A stretch of 64,000 nt of DNA from Felis catus (taxonomy: Eukaryota), in contig NC_058373.1 of assembly GCF_018350175.1 (NCBI RefSeq), positions 74,400,001-74,464,000 of the forward strand, read 5' to 3'. Shown piece after piece: positions 1 to 27,545 of the stretch. Within the stretch, counting starts at the first letter, position 1, and every line of letters begins with the position of its first letter. Both the position numbers and the translations under genes were made by a program. The notes beneath the pieces are model-generated. The model saw only the letters and a program-made list of their open reading frames with translations, ran no database searches and was not told the DNA's origin.

Positions 1-733
1 AGGAACTCTGGCTAGTCTGCTGGATAGTGAGACCATATGCAGCAGAAACAAACGATCCCAGCAAAGATGAGACCGCTGGAAGAACCACCCAACTGAGCCC
101 AGCTCAACTTGCAAAAAAAAAAAAAAAGGTGGTTGTTTTAAGCCAGAAAAACATTTTAAGGTTAAGATTCCTTAGAATATGTTTCTACAACACCTTATAA
201 TGCTCTGTAATATTCTCACACGTGGGTTTCTCATGCTGGATAATAAAACTCTAGGAGCCTAGGGTCTCTATTGGTCTTCTTATTTTATCCCAGTACTCAG
301 CCTGGTACATAGTGGGTGCTCAATAAACATGAATGGTTGAAGGGATTAGATCTATGGTGGGGGCAGGCAGGGTGGGGGGAGTCTCACCAAATTGCAGAAG
401 TTGCCTCTAGGAATATGTTCCAAAGTGCACTTCATTCTCAAGTCTTATGGCCAGTGGTGGAAAGAAGGTGAATTGTGATGTATGTGGAACATGGGACCTT
501 GAGGAGTTCCGTAACCAGGAGGAGAAAGAAGTAACAACAGCTAGTGGAGACAAAAAGAACTGCTTCTCCCTTCTTCCCCCTCCACGTTTCTAGTGAGAGT
601 TGAGCCCAGCATCCCAGACTTGTGTGACTATATAGGCAAGCTTTCAAAGACTAACTTTACTTTGGTACCCTAGCCCTCATGGCTTTCTGAGCAGATAATA
701 GGCTTTTTCCCTGCTCTCAGAAAGCCCAACACC

Positions 734-2911
734 ATGCGGAAGGGAGACACCCTGGAGGTAGCACCACCCACCTCAGCCTACCGCTCTGTCATGGAGGAGT
801 ATGGTTACGAGGTGGGCAAGGTCATTGGCAATGGCTCCTATGGGACGGTTTATGAGGCTTACTACACAAAGCAGAAGATCATGGTGGCTGTCAAGATCAT
901 CTCAAAGAAGAAGGCCTCTGAGGACTACCTTAACAAGTTCCTGCCCCGTGAGATACAGGTTGGAAAGGGGGCTAGAAGAGGGAACTGGTACCAAGCTCAT
1001 TAAGACTTCTGGGCATGGTCTGGAGGGGATAGAGCCAGAACCCCACCCCCAACCCCAAATCAGTGAATGTCTTACTATGCAGCAGGAAGATGACTTGATA
1101 CAAATTCAACCTCTTTCCACCCACCCACTCACCTCCAGCCTCACAAAGTAAAAGTACAAAGCATAGGGTCTGCCCACAAACCACCAGCCCTCTGGGGTTT
1201 AATCCTGCTGCAAAGTTCTAAGTAGGTTAGCAGCAGGACAGTAGGAGGGCTGGGAGCACAGCCAGGGTTCTCCCTTCCCAGGTTTGATGGGTCCCTCTTC
1301 CGGGGCCAGGTAATGAAGGTCCTGCGGCACAAGTACCTCATCAACTTCTATCAGGCCATCGAAACCACATCCCGAGTATACATCATTCTGGAGCTGGCTC
1401 AGGGTGGTGACGTCCTTGAATGGATCCAGCACTATGGGGCTTGCTCTGAGCCCCATGCTGGCAAGTGGTTCTCCCAGATGACCCTGGGCATCGCCTACCT
1501 GCACAGCAAGGGCATCGTGCACCGGTGAGGGCGCTGCCACCCAGGCTGGGGCCTTTGGGCTCTCAAGGGGGTTTTATGCATATTTTCCATTTTCTGCCCT
1601 CTTTTTCCCTCCCTTGGCCTTCCTCAGTTATCTAGGCCCATCCATCCCCTCTATTTTAATTGTCTGGTCAAGAACATTTATGTAGTACCCACCGTGAACA
1701 CAGCACTCTGTGAACTACAATGATGAGCCCTCGCTGGTCCCCAGGTACCATCCTCTCTCACCTTTGGGCTCTGTTCATTAACTCCATGGTTCCGTCCTCT
1801 CAACCTTGTGTCCTCATAACGGCACCTGTCTCCCACTTTGCCTTTTCTATCTCTAGCCTCTGACCCCTGGCCCTTCAGCTCCTGGTCTAATACTAAGCCC
1901 TCTCCCCAGCCTGACCCCCAGCCTTTCTGCTGCTGGTAGGGACTTAAAGTTGGAGAACCTGTTGCTGGACAAGTGGGAGAACGTGAAGATATCGGACTTT
2001 GGCTTCGCCAAGATGGTGCCTTCTAACCAGACTGTGCGTGGTAGCTCTTCTTACCGCCATATGAACTGCTTTACCCACCTCAGCCGGACCTACTGTGGCA
2101 GCTTTGCTTATGCCTGCCCGGAGATCTTGCTGGGCTTGCCCTACAACCCTTTCCTGTCTGACACCTGGAGCATGGGCGTCATCCTCTACACTCTAGTGGT
2201 GGCCCGGCTGCCCTTTGATGACACCAATCTCTTAAAGCTGCTGAAAGAGACTCAAAAGGAGGTCACTTTTCCACCTAACTACTCCATCTCCCAGGAGTGC
2301 AAGGTGCTGGCTCCCCCAGGAGGGCTGAGGCCTCAGGGATGACCCACAGGGAGGGAATACCTAATGTAGGCCTCCCCACCCTGGGGGAGGCTCTTCCCCA
2401 CCATCACTGTCTCACACTGTAGCCCCTGCCCCAGAGTAGTTGGTGGGGAGGGAGCTTAAAGGGCCATTCCTGGGCTCCACACCTTAGATGTGAGTGATGA
2501 GCTGGTTTCAGCAGGATAAGGCAAGGATTTCCCCCCAAGGAACCCTTCCTTCCCTTCTGCTCCAGGGAGTTACATGCCAGGCTCATCAGGATAAAATCAG
2601 GGCCACACCCCCTTTTACCAGAGTGGTGTGATGGGCTATCCTGCTTCTCTCTCAGGTCCAACTGCTCATTGCCTGTGTGGCACAATGGGAGGCAAGCTCA
2701 GCCAAGACCTCTCTCTCCCCTGCCCTAGAACCTGGTCTTCCAGACGCTATGCCAAGCCACCAAGCGTGCCACCATCCTGGACATCATCAAGGATCCTTGG
2801 GTGCTCAAGTTCCAGCCTGAGCAACCCACCCATGAGATCAGGCTGCTTGAGGCCATGTGCCAACCCCCCAGCACCACTAATCGGCACCAGTCCTTGGAAA
2901 TCAATACCTAA
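734..2911 (+). CDS. TSSK4: Testis-specific serine/threonine kinase 4, 4 coding exons, 328 aa
   Basis: Exons 734-958, 1310-1524, 1940-2303 and 2729-2911 with GT-AG sites total 987 nt in frame. Motifs: GNGSYG glycine loop, VAVK, HR|DLKLEN, DFG, TYCGS...CPE. Ends ...HQSLEINT*. Confidence 0.96.
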
Positions 2912-2983
2912 AAGTGGTTAAGGGAGGGAGTTGAGAGAGGAGCAAAGCAGGAGGGTCTGGGGCTAACGATCTTTTCTACCAAA

Positions 2984-2989
2984 AATAAA
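2984..2989 (+). terminator. Polyadenylation signal AATAAA of TSSK4
   Basis: Canonical hexamer 72 nt after the stop codon. Confidence 0.75.
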
Positions 2990-3919
2990 TCTATACCTGA
3001 TTTAGTTTCATCAGCTGGAGTCAAAGACACTCTTTCCTCAAGGGAACTAGCAGGGAACACTACTGAGTCCAAGAGGTGGATTTCTAACCAGTCTGTAACT
3101 GGTCATCTTGACACCTATTAAAGTCAACACTGTAATTCAGTATATAGCTCACATGTGGCTCAGGGGGAGAGGGTGCTCAGATGAACATCCCTTTCGGGAA
3201 GTTTCATTATTCTAAGTAAATGCTTATTATTACACATCTCTGTGCATTCTAAATGTTCAAGCAGTGGGGCAGAGGCCCTGGTTGCTGTTTGGCCATGGCT
3301 CTCCCTGTTTATAACCAAAGGGATGGCATTATTTTCTCTCTTAGAAATGGGTATCAGGGTGTGTGAAATGCCTGGTTTCTTCTCCTTCCTTCAAATGCCA
3401 CCTTAACCACGACTGAAACGATCCAAGTGAATCATGCACACTATTGCTCTTAGAAACAGAAATGACAGTTCAAACCAAGCCTGTTGGCTATGGGTTCTGA
3501 ATAATGGAAAGCTCCTTGCTCCTTTATCCCTGTATTCTCCCTCCCTGCCCTTGAAAATGGGCTTTGCAAAGGGAAAATGAGTAGTAAGTCATGGGGCTGT
3601 CTTAGCAGAGGCATGACTGGGGGAAAGCAATGAGAGAAGACTCAGAGACAGCTCCACATGGTCCCAAGATAAATAATAGGTGGCAGTTTAACCTTAACCT
3701 CAGCACCAGGCAACTCTAGGGCAAACCAATGTGAAAGATGAAACAGTACATGCCTGGAACACAGTAGGTCAAGATATTGTCAGTGCCCACTTTCTCTATG
3801 TTCCAATGCCCCTTCTTACTCCCACTATGATTCATCGCTTGAAACAAAGCTCCAAAGACCAGGGAAGAGTTTCAGGTGTAGATGAGGCAGTATAAACACT
3901 AGGGTTCCATCTGCCTGAT

Positions 3920-3925
3920 TTTATT
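3920..3925 (-). terminator. Polyadenylation signal AATAAA of CHMP4A
   Basis: tttatt on + strand, about 235 nt downstream of the CHMP4A stop. Confidence 0.6.
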
Positions 3926-4160
3926 GGGAACAAGGGCACTGTAACTGTTATCAAAGAGAAGGAAGCCAAGGGGCTCCTCTTGCACCAACATTCTCTTTCA
4001 GAGTTGAGCCAGGGAGGGGAGGGCAACAACCCTTTTTCAGGCAGGGTCACTATCACCCTCAGCAGGACCCCCCCAAAAGGCTACGTTCCTTTGCTTAGCA
4101 CTTGGCACTTAAGGAAAAGAGACCAATGAAGTCAGCGCCAGGAAAACAAGCCCAGACACA

Positions 4161-7100
4161 TCAGGACACCCACTCGGCCAACTGCTTTAGTGCTTCTTCA
4201 TCTTCATCCGCTTTGGGAGCTTGGGGGACAAGGATACCCGGAGAAAGAAAGAAGTATTAGGGCTTTGGCAACGTCAATAATCCCCTGCTGTGACACTGAG
4301 AGTCTGCTGAAACATCTCTCCCTCAGCAAAGAACGTAAAGGTGTGGTCCTTCTCGCTGGGCTGCTGCAAATTCCTAGAGCAGCTCTGTACAAATTGGGAA
4401 GATGTGCTTCTTTCTCCCAGCACTTGCAGCCCCACACCAGGGTACACAGCTTGCTGAGTGAGGCAGAGGCTGGACTTAGTCTTCATTCCCCCTCAGCCAG
4501 GTACCCTTATGCAGTCAACAACCTGTGCAACTGTAGTAGCAGCCCTCTCTGCCTGGCTCCTTTGAGGCAGGATGTAAGAAGAATATAATCTTTCCCCATA
4601 TCTATCCCACCCTCTCAAGTCCTTGAGACAAGAGAATAACCCTGAGTACCTGGCTCTTCAGGTAGATGTGTGGAAGGTACACCAGGCAGTTTGATGGGGG
4701 GTTCTTCCTCCTTGTCGCCTACATGTAACAACTCCCGGGCCAATTCCTCCTGCTCCAGCTTCTCTAGCTCCTCCAACAGTTCATCCTGGACATGGGACAA
4801 GAAGACTGTTAAAAATGAAGAAAGGAAATGTCTACTTCCAAAAACATACCATTTTTGAATCCCCCCTCCCAAATTTGCCCCACGATTCTCTTGGGCATTC
4901 CTTCCGGCTAGTGTCATGCTTTCTCCATAATTCCCTGACCCCTTGCTCCACTCACCTCATCCATATCAAAGCCCACAGGCCGAGAAATGGCATCTGAGAT
5001 CTGCTGGGCCACCTCCTGTTGTTCTGTAATGTCGGCCATCAGTTCATCCACCTTGTCAATGTCCCTGAGAACAAGATACATAGCTATGAAATCAGGCAAC
5101 AACGCTCCTGACTTTCCCATCTTGCATGGATGAAAACCCTCCTGTCTGTGGCCTCAGACTGATAAATCCATGGCTATCAGAAGAGATCCCTGGGAAATTA
5201 TGTGGAAGCAAGTCTGGGCTGAGAATTGGCAAGAAGCCACTTTGGGGAGAATAGGCTGTACTCCTCTTCCTGAAGGATCTTTAAAAATTAGGAAAATCCC
5301 TCCTTCTCTCTCTGCTCTTCTCCAACTCACACTCTTTCTTTCTCTCAAAAATAAATAAACATTAAAAAAAAATTAAAAAAAAAAAAAAAAAGGAGCACCT
5401 GGATGGCTCAGTCAGTTGAATGTCTGACTTCGGCTCAGGTCATGATCTTACTGCTTTTGAGTTTGAGCCCTGCGTCGGGCTCTGTGCTGACAGCTCAGAG
5501 CCTGGAGCCTGCTTCCGATTCTGTGTCTCCTTCTCTCTCTGCCCCTCTCCCACTCACACTGTTTCTTTCTCTCAAAAATAAATAAACATTTAAAAAAACT
5601 TGTTTTTAATTAGGAAAATCCTCTTTCCTCCCTAGAATGCTTCAGCCAGCAAAGAGATCTTCCAAGAAGCAAGGAGACTGACAGAGGTCTAGCTGTCACA
5701 GACATCTATAAATTTACATTCTGAGAGGTTTTAAGATTCAAGAGAAAATACCAAGCTACTTTCCCCAGTGCCTGGGCCCCCTGCTTCCCTCCCCCCGTAC
5801 CCACATGTCCTGGTAGGCCTTCTTCATGCCTTGGGCAGCAAGCTCCATGGTCCGAAGCACTTCTGCATTGGTGGTGGCATTCTCAATGGCCTCACGCTGA
5901 AACTCCAGGGTAGATAATGTCCCATCGGTTTGTGCCAGCTGCTGTTCGAATCTTTTCTTCCTCCGCAAAGCCTGTAGGGCAGCTGACCCAGCCCACACCC
6001 TGAGCATCAGAGCCAGAAGCCCTTATGCTTCCCACCTGGGCCCGCCCAGTTGGCACCTCTCCCCCATTACCTCTCTTATTCTTGGTCCCATGCTTCTTGG
6101 CCATTTGTAGCTCCTGTTGAATCTTCTGCTCCAGAAACTCTTGTTTCTTGATCAATATCTTCTCTGTCTCCTTCAGTTTCTGTATTGCCTCTTCAGGGGT
6201 TGGCCCCTTCTCCTTCTTCCCTGGAAGTGCAATCAAGCAGGCCCATATCGTGTGGAGGAAATATATTAGCCACCAATCACCGAGAGCAGAGTGTGTGCTA
6301 GGCACCTGTCTTACTCTTAATCCCAAAATGACTCTCTATAATGAATACACTATCTTCACTTTACAAATGTGAAAAACAGGCATATATGTGTTAAATAATC
6401 ATTTGTTTAAAATCACAGCTAGAGAGAATTGAGCAGGAATTGAAATGTGGCAGCATGACTTCCAAATCCAGTATTCTTTGCTATTTCAAATTGCCTTGCG
6501 GGGCGCCTGGGTGGCTCAGTCGGTTAAGCGGCCGACTTCGGCTCAGGTCATGATCTCGTGGTCCGTGAGTTCAAGTCCCGCGTCAGGCTCTGTGCTGACA
6601 GCTCAGAGCCTGGAGCCTGTTTCAGAGTCTGTGTCTCCCTCTCTCTGACCCTCCCCCATTCATGCTCTGTCTCTTTCTGTCTCAAAAATAAATGAACGTT
6701 AAAAAAAATTTTAAAAAATAAAAAAAAAATAAATAAAAACCCAAAAAACAAAAAACAAATTGCCTTTCAAGTCATTCCCAGGCTTCCCCCCCAACCCCCG
6801 CCCCCGAGAAGTTTTAGGTTCACAGCAAATCTGAGTGGAAGATACAAAGTTCCCATATACCCCCTGCTGCCACATATGCATGGCCCTCCTATGAGCACAT
6901 CCCCACTGGAGTTTGGTCACTTTTTATAATCGCTGTTCCACTTGCTGTCCTAGGAGATGCCCAAGGTCCTAACTCCACACCCTCAAAATGAATGAAGTAC
7001 AGGGGGTAGAGAAAAAAAAAAAATCTGATCTCCATTTTCCCCTTCATCTTCTGCACTTCTGACAGTAATTAAAATTAATAAGGCAGGCCCTTGCCTGCTT

Positions 7101-7875
7101 AAAATCCTTTCACACTCTCCATTGCCTGCAAGATAAAATCTAAAACTTTAATGAGACATACAAGGCCCTTCTTGACCTGGCCCTTGTTCACCTCTCCATC
7201 CACACTTCTACTTTCCTCTTCTTCAGCTGGCGTGGGTATGTGCGCGCGCGCGCACACCCACCAGCCAGAACTCCTCTTTCCCCTAAGTATTACTACCATA
7301 CTCGTTCCTGCCTGTTTTGCACACAGTTACCTCCCCCCTGGAGTACCTCAATTCTCCACCTGGCATACCTTAGCCCTCTGGATCACAACCCCTCACGCCT
7401 CTTCTGTGCTCCCCCTAGTTTTTAGGAAGGAACATCTCCATCATGGAGTTCCCACACTACACTATTACCAGTTTTTGCTGGTCTCCCCCCACCAGATGGG
7501 AGTTTTAAGTAGACAGTCTTTTTTCATCACCTCGGATTCCCCCCTTGGCCAGCATAGAGGAAGCACCAGTGTTTTGGAAAGGACTAGATGATGACAGTCG
7601 GAAACTCAACTCCCCAGCCTAAACAGTGGAGACCCTCCATTCACGTTCCGGCCCGACCCCGAGCTCTTCTCCCTGGGGCGGGGGAAGGAAGACAGCCAGA
7701 GCCAGACAGCCCGACAAGGCGGGGCCTCCTGGCACGTGAGGAGGCCTGGGCCCTGGACGGGGTTTTCGCAACAGCCGGGGGCCATGGCCTTCCCCACACC
7801 CCCTTGGCCAGCACCACCAGCCCACCGGGCTCACCCGGGCTCACCCCTCCCGAAGAGTCTGCCGAGACCACTCAT
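4161..7875 (-). CDS. CHMP4A: ESCRT-III Snf7-family subunit CHMP4A, 6 exons, 220 aa
   Basis: Exons 7875-7845, 6220-6071, 5982-5805, 5064-4956, 4785-4650 and 4219-4161 total 663 nt. Sequence MSGLGRLFGRGKKEKGPTPEEAIQKL...EDEEALKQLAEWVS*, with the C-terminal ALIX-binding helix. Confidence 0.96.
5300..5600 (+). mobile_element. CAN-SINE composite: 5'-truncated tail (5300-5390) followed by a full copy (5392-5600)
   Basis: tRNA-like head ggagcacctggatggctcagtcagttg, CT-rich body and aataaa/A tail. Flanked by AATTAGGAAAATCC at 5286-5299 and 5608-5621. Confidence 0.85.
6500..6755 (+). mobile_element. CAN-SINE (feline SINEC) in CHMP4A intron 1
   Basis: Head gggcgcctgggtggctcagtcggttaag, A-rich tail, TSD caaattgcct on both sides. 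Confidence 0.92.
6780..7500. mobile_element. Degenerate L1 3' fragment (about 6800-6930) and L2-like fragment (about 7090-7500)
   Basis: By-eye resemblance to L1M 3' UTR (ggttcacagcaaatctgagtggaagatac) and L2 (aaaatcctttcacactctccattgcc). Confidence 0.45.
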
Positions 7876-8120
7876 CTCCACCACCCTTGCCTCTCCTGCC
7901 TCCTCTCCGCGGCTTCTTGCAACTTCCGCCTGGCTCCCGGGCGGGTGCGGTCTCATCGCTCAGAGACCGGCCTGGGCCAATCCCTCCATGGGGCACCGCG
8001 GCGACATCATCAACATGAGCCAACGAGGCCACTTCTGCCACGTGACCCGAGCCACCAGCCCCCAACCCATTCGCTCCTCTTAAAGCGGCCGCTCCGTTTT
8101 TGATTCTTTAAAAAGGCCGC
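7850..8120 (-). promoter_or_regulatory. CpG-rich CHMP4A promoter / 5' region
   Basis: High CpG density around the ATG. ETS-like CGGAAGT at about 7922-7928. Confidence 0.6.
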
Positions 8121-8418
8121 CCCCCCCCCCCAAAAGCACAGTATTTGTTTTCCTGAAAGGGAATGTGCAGGGCCTTACATCCCACTTCTTGGGGCCAGTG
8201 GAAGAGTTCTCCTGGCCCTTGACAGAGTTCAGGAATTGGGGCGCGGATGGTGTGAGCACAAGGGGGCCACAGTCGGGTGTGCCACAAGTTTCTTTGGCAG
8301 AGCCGGATGAAGTCTAATTCCACTCGCTCTGGTCTTGGCACCTCCGAAAAGCCAATGCCGGCTACAAAGCTAGGAAAACAAAAACCAGCCAGAAGATTTC
8401 TGTCACACACAAACATAC

Positions 8419-8424
8419 TTTAAT
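8419..8424 (-). terminator. Variant polyadenylation signal ATTAAA of MDP1
   Basis: tttaat on + strand 83 nt past the stop, followed by a GU-rich tract on the minus strand. Confidence 0.6.
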
Positions 8425-8507
8425 AATTTACAAATACACCTGAAAATGCCTTCATGATTTCCTTTCAGTTTTATGCTTCAAATGAGGCTCATCCACAGGA
8501 CTGGACC

Positions 8508-10070
<1,563 letters not shown>

Positions 10071-10635
10071 GACACCTCTCTCATGTTATCTTACCAGCTG
10101 AGACCCAAGTTATCCGTAGCTTTGTCACTCACTCTTCACTCAACCTTTCTCCGAATCCGCCTCTCTCCAGAACCCAGAGCCCTCCCCCGCATTCCAGCCA
10201 TAAACATCGTAGTGTCTGTGAAGCCCTTGAGGCCTTTCTTGAATCGGGCCCAAATGGCCAGTAGGGCTACAATGGGAGAGAATTCACTCTCCTGGTTTCT
10301 ACTACCTACATCAGTAGTACACCGGTAAATGTGTAACAACCAGTTTGGGGGGAGGGGCTGATTTGTATTGTTTGGCTTCTATAAATATTCCTATCATGGC
10401 CAATTTCAAGCTACAAGCACGAAACCAATTATGGGGTTGGGAAGAGATGACAATAATTAGATCTCCTGAGCTGATAAGAACTGGCTCCACACCACTTAGA
10501 GCTGACTTTCCTACAGTCTGATAATCCCCCTAAGGGCACATTCCCTTCCGTTGTCCTTCAGAAATGTAAAAGAGTATATACTGTGATGTGCACTTTTGTG
10601 CAATACAAGAAAGATTCCAGGAGGTCAGGAAATAT

Positions 10636-10641
10636 TTTATT
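10636..10641 (-). terminator. Polyadenylation signal AATAAA of NEDD8
   Basis: tttatt on + strand at the end of a recognisable NEDD8 3' UTR that starts at 10880 (GGACCCTCC...CATTTTACCTC). Confidence 0.7.
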
Positions 10642-10880
10642 GGCAACTAGGGACATAGCCATAAGAGAGGGAAGCACACAGGACTGCAAACTAAAACCCA
10701 ATGGCCACCAAGGGCCCTTTGGGTCAGGAACACCGCATCCTGGGGTCCTCACGGTCTTCCGCCAAACAAGACTGGGCATCCAGGAGAGGGGGCAGTGGCT
10801 CTGGTGTCCCACAGAGTGAGAGGGCATATGATGCCTCATTAGGAGCGACAGGGTAAGGAGGTAAAATGGAGGGAGGGTCC

Positions 10881-20061
<9,181 letters not shown>

Positions 20062-21055
20062 CTTCTTCCCAGTTTGGAGCTGCACACAGATAACTTGATG
20101 CTTCTACCGCTGCGGTCGCCGCTGCCGCTCCCCAGCAATCGCCTCTGGGAGTCACTTCTGCTTCCGGGTCACTGCCTGGCTCCACCCCTCTCACCCCGCC
20201 TCCTTCCTTTCATCGGGTTGCCGAAAGGCTCAAGAATGCTCCTGCGTTTCGTTTTTGTGGTGTCGTAAATAAAAAGAAGGCGGTGGTTTCGTTACGGCAG
20301 AGATGATACCTCCGCGATACTTAGAGTCCCTAGCGAGCCAGGGCTTGGAAAGCGGTGGGCGGAACGAACTACTCCCATCATGCCGGGGGACAGCTCCGCG
20401 CGTCCCATCCTGGGAATCGTAGTCTCCCGCCCCTAGGGTCCAACGGCAACCTCGGTGTGTGAACTCTGTTACCCAGAAGGCCTCGCACGGCCACCGCCGA
20501 AAATAGAATGCCTCAGTTAATTCTTTTCGCCGGCAATTAGCGGAACCTGTTGGCGTGGCCCACAAGGCTCAGCGGGGCTTCACGAGCCTAGTTGCTAAGC
20601 AAGGGCGACTTTGGTCAACTGCCACCTGTGCCACGGCGACAGGAAGTGAGTACCCCTATTCCGGAAACTAGTTGTGGGAACCCCCTATTTCTTCTTACCC
20701 GCAAATCAGTCTCTTACCCCAAATTGCTCTTTGCAAGGGTGGGAGAAGGAAGAGTAGTGGGGGGAAGGAATACACATTTTTAGGGTCTCTCAAGACTCCA
20801 TCCCAATTCTTCTCCCCAACAACTGGTACCTGGGATGGAGATACCGGGTAATTGTAACCATGAGACAGATGAGATGACAGTCAATGAGCTTCAGCCAGTG
20901 CCCTGACCTTCCACAATTTAAGCAAGGAGAGAGATGAGTTATGCAGTTAGCTCTAAGAGGGCATTAAGGCCTATGGGGAAATTGGTTCAGCTCCCCCCTC
21001 CTGACTTTCCCTACCTTCCAGCTCTCAGATTGGTCGCTATCCCGAGGTCCCTGCC

Positions 21056-26604
<5,549 letters not shown>

Positions 26605-26739
26605 ACCTGAGCAGCAGTGCCCTCTCAAAGCACTAGCAGCCTAGCACAGGGCCTCCTGATGGGCTCCTCACACACGCCAGCTACTATGGCTATTTATCAC
26701 TCGGTTATTTCCTGTTGCCTTACTCCTGAGGGCTTCTGC

Positions 26740-26745
26740 AATAAA
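26740..26745 (+). terminator. Polyadenylation signal AATAAA of GMPR2 (proximal)
   Basis: Canonical hexamer 135 nt after the stop. Confidence 0.7.
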
Positions 26746-27517
26746 TCTGTACTCTGTATGCACAAAATGCCCAGGGTACTCACTGGGGAGGAAGCAAGGA
26801 AAGCAGGCTGAGAAAATGAAGTAAGGTAATCAAATGCAAATCTGGGGACGCAGCATCTGGAAGATTATGGAAAGGAAAAGATAATGACTCCTGCCTAAGT
26901 GTTTAATATGGCCTTGGTCTGGATGAGTTACTCTCCTGATATCATGTTTTGTTAATGAACTTCATTAAATAGTATCTTTGAACACCTAAAAAGCTCAGAA
27001 ATGTTGATGTGTTTTAAGTATCTCAATAAAGAGATCTCAATGACTATAAGAGATTCTGTATCTTTCTGCACAAGGCTGGCATCTGGGTGCTGCTCCGGGA
27101 CAAGTGGAAGTGGAGTTGGCACTGACCCAGTAGAGTCAAAGACAGTATTTTTCCATGAAGTATCTCCATTTCAGTGCCACCACCCCCAGGTAACCTGGCA
27201 GCATGAGAATTTACAAAGTACATTCTGGTATCAGGGCACATAGATATTTTTAGAATAGCAAAGGGAAATTTCTCTTCCAGGCTATCAACCCTTCTTGGCA
27301 CATCTGAACAACATTTTCCATCGGAAATAAAAAGGCAAAGGAATTCCTCCAGCCCTGGAGAAGCCAGTTCTAAGGAATGACCTACACTGACTTTATAGAA
27401 GCCTTAATTCCCCTTTCTCACACCAAGACAGTATTTTAATAAATCCAAATCTTAATTAACAAGTATTACAAAGTAATTTTAGCAAGGCAGTCAGGGAACC
27501 CAAACCTGGGCTTCCAC

Positions 27518-27523
27518 TTTATT
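27518..27523 (-). terminator. Polyadenylation signal AATAAA of TINF2
   Basis: tttatt on + strand just past the last exon. Confidence 0.7.
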
Positions 27524-27545
27524 TCCACTAAACTGTATGTAGAGC

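Noticed and set aside
4220-4245. GTATCCTTG (U12 donor-like) near the CHMP4A exon 6 acceptor
   Set aside because: It lies inside the pyrimidine tract 17 nt from the AG, not at an exon end, and the intron has a U2-type donor. Probably chance.
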